64,000 bases of DNA from Candidatus Eiseniibacteriota bacterium. Lineage in GTDB: Bacteria > Eisenbacteria > RBG-16-71-46. The notes under the pieces were generated by a model. That model saw only the letters and a program-made list of their open reading frames with translations. It was not told the DNA's origin and ran no database searches. Positions 19,791 through 29,478 of this stretch are shown one piece after another (position 1 is the stretch's first letter; each line of letters begins with the position of its first letter). The translations under genes and the position numbers were made by a program. Location: NCBI GenBank assembly GCA_031364845.1, contig JANLWX010000028.1, positions 59,652-123,651 of the forward strand, given 5' to 3'.

Positions 19791-21019
19791 GCGGTTCCCG
19801 GCGCAGGTTTGCGGTCCTTCCACACGCGCCAGTGCCGCTCGAAGGCGGCTGCGAACTCGCGATCGAAGCGCTCGATGCCGAACGGTTCGGCGAGTGCCGG
19901 GAGCAGTGCGCGATCCACCGGGTCCTGCTCCAGCGCTTCAATACCCGCGATCACACCGTCCACGCTCTGGGTGCCGAACAGCACACCGCCTGGTACCCGT
20001 GCGGCGCCACCGCGCGCGATCTGCGCGCGCGCGCCGGCGTCGGCGCCGCGTCCCACCGTTTCGAGAGCTCCGCCCAGGCCGTAGGCGATCACCGGGCAAC
20101 CGCTCGCCATCGCCTCGACCGGCACGATCCCGAAGTCCTCTTCGCCCGGAAAGATCAGCGCCTGCGCCTGCCGGTAGAGCTCGGCGAGATGTGAGTCCGA
20201 GGTCCATCCGACGAACTCGACGCCCGGTCCTGCGAGCTTCCGCAGGGCCTGCTCGTCCTGTCCCATGCCGACCACCAGCACGCGGCGCCCGAGCCTGACG
20301 CACGCCTCGATCGCGAGATCGGTGCGCTTGTAGGGCGCGAAGGCTCCGGCCAGCAGATAGAACGGCCGGCCGATCGCTCCGTGCGCGGTTCCTTTGCCGG
20401 CCGGTTCCGCCGGGGCCCTGGACTCGGCGAACGGGGCGGCGGTGCGGTAGCGCGCAACGTCGACCGGCGGATGGATCACCTCGGCCTCGCGCCCGTAGTG
20501 CCGCCGGATGCGCTCGGCGACATGAGCGGAGTTGCAGACCATCGCGTGCGGGCGATCGGCGGTCGCGATGTCCCAGCGTCTGAGCCCCGCCAGTGTCCGG
20601 TGCAACAGCGAGGACACCGGCCACGGGAAGCGGCCGGGGGGAAAGTAGACCGGTTCGAGTTCGTAGACGTAGCGCATCGGGGTATGCAGGTAGCTCATGT
20701 GGAACGTGCCGTCGGGGACCCGCACGCTCTTCGCCACGCAATGGCTCGACGAGACGACGGCATCGAAGCCGGTGAAGTCGAACGTCTCGATCGCGCGCGG
20801 GAACAGCGGCAGGTACCAGCGATAGAAGCGCGCGGCGTCCGGCAGGTTCTGGACGAACGAGGTGCGGATCTCGTGCGATTCGATCAGACCCGGCACCGAT
20901 CCCGGGGTCCACAGCAGCGTGTGGATCGGAGCACCCGGGAAGCGCTCGCACATGCGCTCGAGCACGCGCTCGCCGCCGCGCATGCCGGTGAGCCAGTCGT
21001 GCACCAGGGCGACCTTCAT
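19760..21019 (-). CDS. Glycosyltransferase family 4
   Basis: MKVALVHDWLTGMRGGERV, HTPMRY, EDFGIVPVEAMASG. Confidence 0.92.
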   Translation of the reverse strand: MKVALVHDWLTGMRGGERVLERMCERFPGAPIHTLLWTPGSVPGLIESHEIRTSFVQNLPDAARFYRWYLPLFPRAIETFDFTGFDAVVSSSHCVAKSVRVPDGTFHMSYLHTPMRYVYELEPVYFPPGRFPWPVSSLLHRTLAGLRRWDIATADRPHAMVCNSAHVAERIRRHYGREAEVIHPPVDVARYRTAAPFAESRAPAEPAGKGTAHGAIGRPFYLLAGAFAPYKRTDLAIEACVRLGRRVLVVGMGQDEQALRKLAGPGVEFVGWTSDSHLAELYRQAQALIFPGEEDFGIVPVEAMASGCPVIAYGLGGALETVGRGADAGARAQIARGGAARVPGGVLFGTQSVDGVIAGIEALEQDPVDRALLPALAEPFGIERFDREFAAAFERHWRVWKDRKPAPGTAQRAETAPSP

Positions 21020-22218
21020 CGAGTGCCCGTTTCCGGAAGCCGTGCCGCCCACGCCATGCCGGCCAGCGTGTAGAGCGGGTAGAGCAACTCCTCGTCGCCG
21101 AAGTTCCACTCGAACAGACCGGCGACGGCGAACCCCGCGAGTCCTCCGAGCACGCCGAGCCTCAGGGCGGCGGCGAGTGCTGCTTCGCCGCCTTCGCTCC
21201 GGCCTCGTCTGAGGGAGTTCCCCAGCCTCGCTGTCGCGCAATAGATCAAAGCGCCGTAGAGAAGCAGGAACGCGAGCAGGCCCGGGATGCCCATGGTCGC
21301 TCCGATCTGGACGGGCACGCTGTGCAGGTGCCCCGCGCGTTCGCGCGCGGCCGGGTCGCGGTAGCGATCGTAGAGCGGCTTCAGGTCCTGAAGCCCGACA
21401 CCGGTCCACGGATGGTCGCGCAGCATCCGTCCTCCGGCTTCCCACATGTAGGTGCGCTCGATGTTGGTGGGATGGTGCGGGTCGACGATGCTGTCGATGC
21501 GATCGCGAAAGGCCGGCGGGGCGGCAAAGTAGGCCACGATCGCGAGCCCGGCGAGCACCGCGATGCCGCGCGGCCGGGTGAAGCCGAGCATCACCGCGAC
21601 CGAGACCAGGAACCCGATCCAGGCGCTGCGCGTGTAGGTCGCGGCCAGGGTCAAAACACCCAGCACCGTGACGGCCGCCGCCCCGATCCGCCAGCGCCCG
21701 CGGCCGACCAGCGCCACCGCAAACGCGATGCTCGCGATCAGCCCGATCTGGCCCGCGAAGGTCATGTAGTGCCCGACCAGCCCGCGTGCGCGCGCCGCAA
21801 AGCTCGCCCCATCGGCAATGAACAGACCCAGCCCGTAGAACCACGCAGCCGAGGCCGAGACGAATAGAGCGATCACCGCCCGGCGCCGGGGTCCGGACGC
21901 GGCAGCGTGCCACGCCCCGAGGGCGACCAGGCCCGGAAACAGGCCTTTTCCGAGCCGCGACCAGCTTGCGCTGGGGTCCTGGGCGAAAACGGCCGACAAC
22001 ACCAGTGCGGACATCCATACGATCCAAGGGATCGCGAGCGGGTGATGCAGAGGTTCCCACTTGCGGTCGATGACCCAGACGACGACCGTAAGCAGTCCAC
22101 AGGCTGCGGTGGCGATGGACATGGGCGCGATCGACCAGGGAAGGGCAATGATTAGCAACAGGAAACAGAAACGCGCAGATGCGACCCATCCATTCGAGCT
22201 CTGGGGTGCCCGAATCAC
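21016..22218 (-). CDS. O-antigen ligase family membrane protein
   Basis: Multi-TM; TYTRSAW, HPWTGVG, HLHS..Q motifs; exact start uncertain. Confidence 0.82.
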   Translation of the reverse strand: MIRAPQSSNGWVASARFCFLLLIIALPWSIAPMSIATAACGLLTVVVWVIDRKWEPLHHPLAIPWIVWMSALVLSAVFAQDPSASWSRLGKGLFPGLVALGAWHAAASGPRRRAVIALFVSASAAWFYGLGLFIADGASFAARARGLVGHYMTFAGQIGLIASIAFAVALVGRGRWRIGAAAVTVLGVLTLAATYTRSAWIGFLVSVAVMLGFTRPRGIAVLAGLAIVAYFAAPPAFRDRIDSIVDPHHPTNIERTYMWEAGGRMLRDHPWTGVGLQDLKPLYDRYRDPAARERAGHLHSVPVQIGATMGIPGLLAFLLLYGALIYCATARLGNSLRRGRSEGGEAALAAALRLGVLGGLAGFAVAGLFEWNFGDEELLYPLYTLAGMAWAARLPETGTR

Positions 22219-22657
22219 CTCCGACTCCCGGCGTTCTCGCTCAAGAAATGCCCTCGGGTGCTCGAATTCGGATGAAATCTGCGGTCACGTGGGACGTGGC
22301 GATGTCTTTTCGAGGCTCGGGCCAAATCATGCGTGTTCTGTGCGTGACAAGCGCCCCAGGGATGTGCGAAACTCTCCGCACTCGAAACGCCGGACGGCTC
22401 GATTTGCCGATGCCGTTCCCTCGATGAGTCTCACCGATTGCTGCGCAGGAGATCCGACCGAACCTTCGTTGCTACCCTCTAGTTTCTCGACGGTTGGTTT
22501 CGCAGTACTTCGTGACTTGAAGCCACTTCCTACACCACCCTACAACGCCTGAGCGTGTTTTCACGCATGGTTTCACGGATTACGGATTTTCCTGGCACCG
22601 GCCGATACACCAGCAGTGTCCGTAAATCCAGAGGCCATTGAGATGAGAGGGAAGAGC

Positions 22658-23656
22658 ATGAGAGTCCTCGTCACAGGGGGTGCAGGTTTCATCGGGTCAC
22701 ACCTTTCCGAGGCGCTGCTTCATCGCGGCGCTGAGGTGTGGGCGCTGGACGATCTTTCTACCGGCCGACTCGAGAACCTTCGCACGTTTGAGCGTCACCC
22801 CCGATTCCGCTTTCTCGAAGGTAACGTTACTGACTCCGCGCTGGTTCACGGCCTCGTCGCGCAGAGCGACAAGGTGTTTCATCTCGCCGCCGCCGTCGGT
22901 GTGAAGTATGTGCTCGAGAATCCGCTCCGATCCCTGATTACGAACATTCGTGGCACAGAGGTCGTGCTCGAGGCATGTGCCGAGCACAACCGCAAGGTGA
23001 TGATTTTCTCGAGCAGTGAGGTGTACGGCAAGGGTGTCAGCGTGCCCTTCTCCGAGGACGACGATCGCGTTCTCGGCCCGACCCACAAGCTGCGCTGGTC
23101 CTATGCGTGCGGCAAGGCGGTCGATGAGTGTCTTGCACAGGCGTACTACCAGCAGCGTCAGCTGCCTGTGGTTGCGGTTCGATGTTTCAACACGTGTGGT
23201 CCCCGCCAGACCGGCGCATACGGCATGGTGATCCCCAACATGATCGCTCGCGCTCTGCGCAACGAGCCGATCCTCGTGTTCGGTGACGGCCTGCAGTCGC
23301 GCTGCTTCTCGGCAGTCCACGACGTGGTTCGCGGCGTGCTGTTGCTCGCCGACAAGGACGAGGCTTACGGCGAGATTTTCAACGTGGGAAGCGACGAAGA
23401 AGTCACCGTGCTCGAGCTGGCCGAACGCATCCGCAAGATGTGCGACAGCAAGTCCGAAATCGAATTCGTGCCCTACGAGAAGGTCTACGGCAGCTCGTTC
23501 GAAGACATGCGCCGTCGCGTGCCCGACCTGCGAAAGATCGGCCGCTTCGTCGGCTATCGGCCGCAGATCCTGTGCGATCAGTTGCTCGAAATGACCATTC
23601 GGGATATGTGCGAGCAGATGAGCTTGCCGTTCCCGGTGGGATTGCAGTCCGCCTGA
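22658..23656 (+). CDS. NAD-dependent epimerase/dehydratase (UDP-sugar epimerase-like)
   Basis: TGGAGFIGSH, HLAAAVGV, SSSEVYG, YACGK. Confidence 0.9.
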   Translation: MRVLVTGGAGFIGSHLSEALLHRGAEVWALDDLSTGRLENLRTFERHPRFRFLEGNVTDSALVHGLVAQSDKVFHLAAAVGVKYVLENPLRSLITNIRGTEVVLEACAEHNRKVMIFSSSEVYGKGVSVPFSEDDDRVLGPTHKLRWSYACGKAVDECLAQAYYQQRQLPVVAVRCFNTCGPRQTGAYGMVIPNMIARALRNEPILVFGDGLQSRCFSAVHDVVRGVLLLADKDEAYGEIFNVGSDEEVTVLELAERIRKMCDSKSEIEFVPYEKVYGSSFEDMRRRVPDLRKIGRFVGYRPQILCDQLLEMTIRDMCEQMSLPFPVGLQSA

Positions 23657-23687
23657 TCATCGGGCGCGGCTCCGACTCCATTCCATC

Positions 23688-24743
23688 ATGGTGCTCGCGA
23701 CCGCGTTCCTGCTGGCTCTGATCCTGTCTCTGGTCCTGACCCCGGTCGGGACCAGACTGGCGTGGGCCACCGGGTTCCTCGATCATCCGGAAGCGAGAAA
23801 ACTTCACACCACCGCGACCGCCCTTCTCGGCGGGGCGGTGGTGTTTTTTTGTGCCCTGATCGCGTGGACGACGTCTCTCAACGCGCACACGCGGTTCGGA
23901 CCCTCCGGGGAAGGGATGTTCATCGTCGCCGGCGCGCTCACGGCGCTGCTGCTGGGCATGTGGGACGACCGCTTCGGCATGGGGCCGCGGATCAAGTTCC
24001 TGGGCCAGGCCACGGCAGCCGCATTGCTGCTGTCGTCGGGCCACATCCCGGATTTCGGCATGCCGGTCGCGATGAACGCCGCGCTTGCGCTGGTGTCGCT
24101 GGTGGCGCTCATGAACGCGGTCAACTTCCTCGACAACATGAACGGCGTCGTGAGCGGCATGGCCGCGATCGGGCTCGCGGGCTTCTCAGCGCACTCATGG
24201 ACCCGCGGCGCTTTTGGCCTTGCGGCAGCACAGCTCGCGGTTTCCGGCGCGTGCCTCGGGTTCCTCCGCTACAACTTCCCGAAGGCGAAAATCTTTCTCG
24301 GCGACGCCGGCAGCCTGTTCATCGGCTATTGCTTGGGAGCTTCGGCCCTGCTCGCGTATGATGGCGCCCCGGCGGGATGGGGGCGCATCGGTGCGATCCT
24401 CGTGCTCGGCTATCCGGCATTCGACCTGTTTTTCGTGGTGATCACGCGCCTCCGCGACGGCCGCCGGCTTTCGCAAGGAGGGAAGGATCACACCAATCAT
24501 CGAATCGCGAGCGTCCTCAAATGTCAGACGAGAACCGTCCTTCTGGTGTGGTTCAGTATGGCCGCCCTCTGCGCAAGCGGAATCGTGGTGCTCAGACTCA
24601 ACCAAATGCTCCCGGCACTCCTGCTGTCGGGCCTGTGGATCCTTCTGTTCCTGGTAGCGGGGCTGAAACTATCATCCGTTCCAGTGCCCCGCCCGTCGCC
24701 CGTCCCCCCGTCGCCCGCCGCGATCCCGACGCCGACGACCTGA
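23688..24743 (+). CDS. Undecaprenyl-phosphate GlcNAc-1-phosphate transferase (WecA/MraY family)
   Basis: GMWDD, NAVNFLDNMNG, IFLGDAGS, DHTNHR. Confidence 0.88.
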   Translation: MVLATAFLLALILSLVLTPVGTRLAWATGFLDHPEARKLHTTATALLGGAVVFFCALIAWTTSLNAHTRFGPSGEGMFIVAGALTALLLGMWDDRFGMGPRIKFLGQATAAALLLSSGHIPDFGMPVAMNAALALVSLVALMNAVNFLDNMNGVVSGMAAIGLAGFSAHSWTRGAFGLAAAQLAVSGACLGFLRYNFPKAKIFLGDAGSLFIGYCLGASALLAYDGAPAGWGRIGAILVLGYPAFDLFFVVITRLRDGRRLSQGGKDHTNHRIASVLKCQTRTVLLVWFSMAALCASGIVVLRLNQMLPALLLSGLWILLFLVAGLKLSSVPVPRPSPVPPSPAAIPTPTT

Positions 24744-24754
24744 AGCTGCGCGAC

Positions 24755-24976
24755 ATGGTCACGCTGATTGCGCGCGGTCTCGTGGACCATCCGGACGAGG
24801 TCGAAGTCGACATCCTCGGAGTCGGCGCGGAGACCAGCCTCGAGCTGCACGTGAATCAGGACGATCTCGGCCACGTGATCGGCAAGCAGGGACGCACGGC
24901 GCGCTCGCTGCGGCTGGTGCTCGGTGCCGCCGCGTCTCGTGCCGACCGCAGGGCCTCGCTCGAGATCGCGGATTAA
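24755..24976 (+). CDS. khpA: KH-domain RNA-binding protein (KhpA/YlqC)
   Basis: LVDHPDEV, DLGHVIGKQGRTA (GxxG); position before rimM; possible alternative CTG start at 24740. Confidence 0.88.
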   Translation: MVTLIARGLVDHPDEVEVDILGVGAETSLELHVNQDDLGHVIGKQGRTARSLRLVLGAAASRADRRASLEIAD

Positions 24977-25018
24977 CTCGCGGTCGTTCGTGCGGCATCC
25001 CGGTACCGCGGGCAGGTC

Positions 25019-25531
25019 ATGTCCTGGGTTCTGATCGGCCGCCTCGGCCGCCCGCATGGTCTCGACGGTGAACTGCATCTCGACGGTTGCGCGCTGAGCG
25101 TCCCGGAGCTGCTCGCGCTCCGGGACTTCTCGTGGCGCGGTCTGCGAGGCGAAGCTCGCGATCTCACGCTGACTGCCGCGCGCCCCGCCAACGCCCGGAT
25201 CCTGGTGCGTTTCGCGGGAGTCGGCTCGCGCGAAGAGGCGTCCGAGCTCACGAACGGTGAGATCGGCGCCGAGCCCTCGCAGCTGCCCGATGCAGGGCCC
25301 GGAATGGCGTATCACTTCCAGATCATGGGCCTCGAGGTGCGAACCGCCGAGGGCCGGGTGCTCGGAGCGATCTCGGACATCATCGCGACCGGCGCCCATC
25401 CCGTGTACGTGGTGAAGGGAGAGCGCGAGATCCTGATTCCCGGCACGCCGGCGATCGTCCAGCACGTCGATCTCGCCGCGCGCACCATGACGGTCGCGCT
25501 GCCGGCGGGACTCGAAGACGCAATGGCGTAA
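25019..25531 (+). CDS. rimM: Ribosome maturation factor RimM
   Basis: IGRLGRPHGLDGE, TGAHPVYVV, EILIP; synteny. Confidence 0.92.
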   Translation: MSWVLIGRLGRPHGLDGELHLDGCALSVPELLALRDFSWRGLRGEARDLTLTAARPANARILVRFAGVGSREEASELTNGEIGAEPSQLPDAGPGMAYHFQIMGLEVRTAEGRVLGAISDIIATGAHPVYVVKGEREILIPGTPAIVQHVDLAARTMTVALPAGLEDAMA

Positions 25532-25544
25532 GGCGGCGGTGTCC

Positions 25545-26303
25545 ATGCGCATCTCGATTCTTTCGATCTTCCCCGACTTCTTCGGCACTCCGTTCGCCGA
25601 GGGGATGATCCGGCTCGCCCGCGAGAAGCAGCAGCTCACGGTGGACGTGATCGGCCTGCGCGACTTCACCGAGGACTCGCACCGCACGACCGACGACTAT
25701 CCGTTCGGTGGCGGGGTCGGAATGATCATGAAGGTCGAGCCGATCGATCGCGCGCTTGGCTCGCTCGGGACCGGCGATCGGGCCGCGAGACCACCCGGAA
25801 CCCGCGTGGCGCTGTTCTCCCCGCAAGGACGCGCGTTTACCCAGGATGTCGCGCGGGAGTATGCGGCGCTCGATCACGTCGTGCTGATCTGCGGCCGTTA
25901 TAAAGGTGTCGATGAGCGCGTGGCCGAGCACCTGATCGACGAGGAGCTCTCGATCGGTGACTTCGTCCTCTCGGGAGGGGAGCCCGCCGCCCTGTGCGTG
26001 GTCGATGCCGTGTCCCGGCTGCTCCCCGGAGTGGTCGGATCGTTCGACTCGGTCGAAGGCGACTCGTTCCATTCCGGAATGCTCGACTCCGCCTACTTCA
26101 CGCGGCCGGCCGAGTATCGCGGGTGGAAGGTTCCCGACGTGCTCCTGTCGGGGAATCATGCGGCAATCGCCCGGCATCGCCGCGAGGAATCGCTGCGGCG
26201 CACCCTGGAGCGGCGGCCCGAGTTGCTCGAGACCGCCGAGCTGTCTCCCGCGGATCGCAAGCTGATCGAGCGCCTGCGGAGATCGACGACGGGCCGGCAG
26301 TAG
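25545..26303 (+). CDS. trmD: tRNA (guanine37-N1)-methyltransferase
   Basis: DDYPFGGGVGM, CGRYKGVDER, SIGDFVLSGGE, LLSGNH. Confidence 0.96.
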   Translation: MRISILSIFPDFFGTPFAEGMIRLAREKQQLTVDVIGLRDFTEDSHRTTDDYPFGGGVGMIMKVEPIDRALGSLGTGDRAARPPGTRVALFSPQGRAFTQDVAREYAALDHVVLICGRYKGVDERVAEHLIDEELSIGDFVLSGGEPAALCVVDAVSRLLPGVVGSFDSVEGDSFHSGMLDSAYFTRPAEYRGWKVPDVLLSGNHAAIARHRREESLRRTLERRPELLETAELSPADRKLIERLRRSTTGRQ

Positions 26304-26421
26304 GGTCGCGAGGATGCGAGCCGGGAGCTACCTGGCGCGGCTGCGGTCAAAAGGGCACGCGTGAGCACCGGCACCCGAATCCCGCGCTTCGATGCCCTCG
26401 GGGTGTGATTCAATCCTTCGC

Positions 26422-26503
26422 TGGCCACCGGAAACCCGATCCTCTATACTCCCGCGCCGCTCAACATCGCCCGGTGACGCTGGGCTTTTCCTGTAGAAAG
26501 GAG
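26422..26503 (+). promoter_or_regulatory. Putative sigma70-type promoter and RBS for rplS
   Basis: TGGCCA (26422)-17 bp-TATACT (26445); AAGGAG at 26498, 7 nt before ATG. Confidence 0.45.
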
Positions 26504-26510
26504 CCCCACC

Positions 26511-26927
26511 ATGGGCCTGATCGAGAAAATCGAAGCCACACAGTTCAAGTCCGACCGCCCCGACATTCGCCCCGGCGATACCGTCGAAGTCTCGGTGCGC
26601 GTCATCGAAGGTGACAAAGAGCGCCAGCAGAAGTTCAAGGGCGAAGTCATCAACGTACGTGGCGGCGGAATCCGCCGCACGTTCACCGTGCGCAAGATCA
26701 GCGAAGGCATCGGCGTCGAGCGTACGTTCCCGGTGCACAGCCCGTCGCTCGCCGAAGTGAAGGTGTTGAAGCACTCCCGCGTCCGCCGCGCGAAGCTGTT
26801 CTATCTGCGCGAGCGCACCGGCAAGAGCGCGCGTCTCACCGAGCGTGCCGAGAAGAAGCCGGCGGCACCCGCGCGCGCCAAGGCGGCGAAGGCCGAGAAG
26901 AAGTCCGAGGAACCCGCAGCGACGTGA
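26511..26927 (+). CDS. rplS: 50S ribosomal protein L19 with Lys/Ala-rich C-terminal extension
   Basis: [38 protein letters not shown]. Confidence 0.97.
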   Translation: MGLIEKIEATQFKSDRPDIRPGDTVEVSVRVIEGDKERQQKFKGEVINVRGGGIRRTFTVRKISEGIGVERTFPVHSPSLAEVKVLKHSRVRRAKLFYLRERTGKSARLTERAEKKPAAPARAKAAKAEKKSEEPAAT

Positions 26928-27553
26928 AGCGCCCCGTCTGGCGCCGGCTGGCGCGCGACGAGACCCGCCTCGCGGGTGATGCCGTGGTGGCCGGAGTCGA
27001 CGAAGCAGGCCGCGGACCGCTCGCCGGTCCGGTGGTCGCGGCCGCGGTGGTGCTTCAGGTGGGCGGTAAGTGGCAGGGACTCGACGACAGCAAGAACGTC
27101 GATCCCGAAACGCGCGCCTCACTCTATGCCCGGGTCCTGTTCGAGGCCCGGGCATTTTCGTGGACGGTCGTCGGGCAGCGGGCGATCGATCACGCGAACA
27201 TCCGTCGCGCGAGTCTCACCGCGATGCGGCGCTCGGTCGAGAAGCTGCGCATCCGTCCCGACCTGGTGCTGGTCGACGGCCAGGACGAAATCCCCGGCCT
27301 CACCGTGCGCCAGCACGCACTGATCGACGGCGACGCGCGCATGATCTCGATCGCCGCCGCGTCGATCCTCGCGAAGGTCGTCCGCGACCGCATCATGGAG
27401 CGGCTCGACCGCGTGTGGCCGGTCTACGGATTCGCGCGCCACAAGGGCTACGCCACGCCGGAACACCTCGCCGCACTTGGACTCCACGGGCCGTGCGCGC
27501 TGCACCGGTATTCGTTCTCGCCGGTGTGCGTGCAGGAATTGCCGCTGGTCTGA
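26924..27553 (+). CDS. rnhB: Ribonuclease HII
   Basis: [31 protein letters not shown]. Confidence 0.95.
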   Translation: MKRPVWRRLARDETRLAGDAVVAGVDEAGRGPLAGPVVAAAVVLQVGGKWQGLDDSKNVDPETRASLYARVLFEARAFSWTVVGQRAIDHANIRRASLTAMRRSVEKLRIRPDLVLVDGQDEIPGLTVRQHALIDGDARMISIAAASILAKVVRDRIMERLDRVWPVYGFARHKGYATPEHLAALGLHGPCALHRYSFSPVCVQELPLV

Positions 27554-27624
27554 GCGCGCCCGCCCGCGCATCGTGTAGTCTGCGAGTCCCCGCGAAAGAC
27601 CCGCCCCCGCGAAGAGAATCCGAC

Positions 27625-27981
27625 ATGGCACGTTCGCAACGGCGGGGGACCGCCGGGGAAGCGCTGGCCGCGGCATATCTGGAATTGGCAGGCTACGTGG
27701 TGGAGGCGCACAACACGCGGCTCTCCGGCGTCGAGATCGATCTGATCGCGACCGATGGAGCGACCCGGGTGCTGGTCGAGGTCAAACTGCGCACGCGAAC
27801 CGATTACGGGGGTGCCGCACTTGCGGTGGATCGCGTGAAGCGCGAACGTCTGCGCCGGGCCGCGATGACCCCGGTGCGCAACGATCCACGCCCGGTCCGG
27901 ATCGATGTGATCGCGATCGAGCCGGGCGCAGATGGCGCGATCATTCATCACTATCGCAATGCGGTGACGGAAGGAAGCTGA
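27625..27981 (+). CDS. yraN: YraN family putative endonuclease
   Basis: G..GE..A..YL, EIDLI, VEVK, RIDVI; synteny with rnhB. Confidence 0.9.
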   Translation: MARSQRRGTAGEALAAAYLELAGYVVEAHNTRLSGVEIDLIATDGATRVLVEVKLRTRTDYGGAALAVDRVKRERLRRAAMTPVRNDPRPVRIDVIAIEPGADGAIIHHYRNAVTEGS

Positions 27982-28017
27982 CGAAGCACGCGGCCACGAA
28001 CCGCGTTCGAGTCGCAC

Positions 28018-29388
28018 ATGGTTCAGGTCCCTCGAATCGGAAGACTGCGCATTGCTCCGCGCCTCACGCAGCGCTGGCGCGCGCGGCTGCGCGCGCAGCG
28101 CCGCTGGTGGCGCACGCGGTGGCGCGCGCTGTCGGGTAGCGACGTGCTGTTCCCCGCCGCGGGCGCGGGCATGGTCGCGGTCGAGACGCTTGCAGGCGGC
28201 GTCGAGCCGGGCCGCGCGGCGATCTCGGGCACGCGCATCGCGATTCTCCACGCGACTGCCGGCAGCGGACACAAGCGCGCAGCCCAGGCGCTGGCCCGCG
28301 CGTTCAGCGAGATCGACCCCGGCGTGCTCGTGCGTGAAGTCGATACCCTGGTGTTCGCGTCACGACTCTATCGCGGCACCTACGCCGCCTCGTACAACGC
28401 GATGGCCGCGCGCGCGCCGCGCCTGTGGGGCGTGCTCTACCATTCGTGGGCGCTGGCGCCGGTCAATCGCGGCACCGCGCCCATGCGGTTGGCACTCGAC
28501 CGCCTGAACCTGCGCCGGCTGGTGCGGGTCGTCGAGCGCGAGCGCCCCGACGCGATCGTGTGCACGCACTTCCTGCCGGTGGAAGCGCTGTCGCACGCGC
28601 GCGGCGCGGGCAAGCTTCAGGTGCCGCTCTATTGCGTGATCACGGACTTCACCGCGCATCCGTTCTGGGCGTTTCCGCACGTCGACCGCTATTTCGTCGC
28701 GAGCGCCCAGGTCGCCACCGAACTCGCGGGCCACGGAGTGCCGCGCGCGTCCATCGATGTGACCGGAATCCCGGTCGACCCGCGTTTCGCGCAGCCGATC
28801 GGCCGCGACGTCGCGCGCGCGCGGTTCGCGCTCGATTCCGCGCGGCCGATGGTGCTGGTGATGGGCGGCGGCAGCGGTGTGGGTCCGCTCGCCGAGCTGG
28901 CGGAGCGGCTCGCGAGTGTCCCTGGCGCGCCCGATGTGTTCGTCGTGTGCGGCACCAACGAGCGACTGCGCGCGGAGATCGATGGCCTCGCGCGCCCCAG
29001 CAACGGCGCGGCGCGGCGCAGCGGACGGATCGTGGCACTCGGCTTCACCGATGAGATCGACGCGCTGCTCGAAGCGTGTGACGTGGTGGTGAGCAAGGCC
29101 GGAGGCCTTACGTGCTCCGAAGCGCTCATCAAAGGCGCCCCGCTCGTGGTCTACCGTCCGACGCCGGGCCAGGAAGTGCGCAACGCCGAGTTCCTCGAAG
29201 CCGGCGGCGCCGCACTGCATGCCGACTCGATCGACGCCGTCGAGATCATCGTGCGCCGCTGGCTCAGCGATCCCGCCGCGCGCGCCGCGGTGCGTGCCGC
29301 CGCCGGGAAACTCGCGGCACCCGATTCGGCCCGCAACATCGCGCGGCGCGTGCTGGAGATGGCGCCGGGCCGCGTGCCCGCCGCATGA
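28018..29388 (+). CDS. MGDG synthase/UgtP-like glycosyltransferase (GT28)
   Basis: GSGH, THFLP, ITDF, TGIPV, SKAGGLT, GQEVRN; start uncertain. Confidence 0.85.
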   Translation: MVQVPRIGRLRIAPRLTQRWRARLRAQRRWWRTRWRALSGSDVLFPAAGAGMVAVETLAGGVEPGRAAISGTRIAILHATAGSGHKRAAQALARAFSEIDPGVLVREVDTLVFASRLYRGTYAASYNAMAARAPRLWGVLYHSWALAPVNRGTAPMRLALDRLNLRRLVRVVERERPDAIVCTHFLPVEALSHARGAGKLQVPLYCVITDFTAHPFWAFPHVDRYFVASAQVATELAGHGVPRASIDVTGIPVDPRFAQPIGRDVARARFALDSARPMVLVMGGGSGVGPLAELAERLASVPGAPDVFVVCGTNERLRAEIDGLARPSNGAARRSGRIVALGFTDEIDALLEACDVVVSKAGGLTCSEALIKGAPLVVYRPTPGQEVRNAEFLEAGGAALHADSIDAVEIIVRRWLSDPAARAAVRAAAGKLAAPDSARNIARRVLEMAPGRVPAA

Positions 29389-29478
29389 GCCGGGGCGGCG
29401 GCGCGGGCTTTCGTTGCTCGCGCTGCCACGCCCATGTGATGCGTCATCCGCGCGCCGCGTGATACCGTGCCCGCCCTC

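Noticed and set aside
22593..22608. Sigma54-like TGGCAC upstream of the epimerase
   Set aside because: The -12 element reads GATA rather than TTGC
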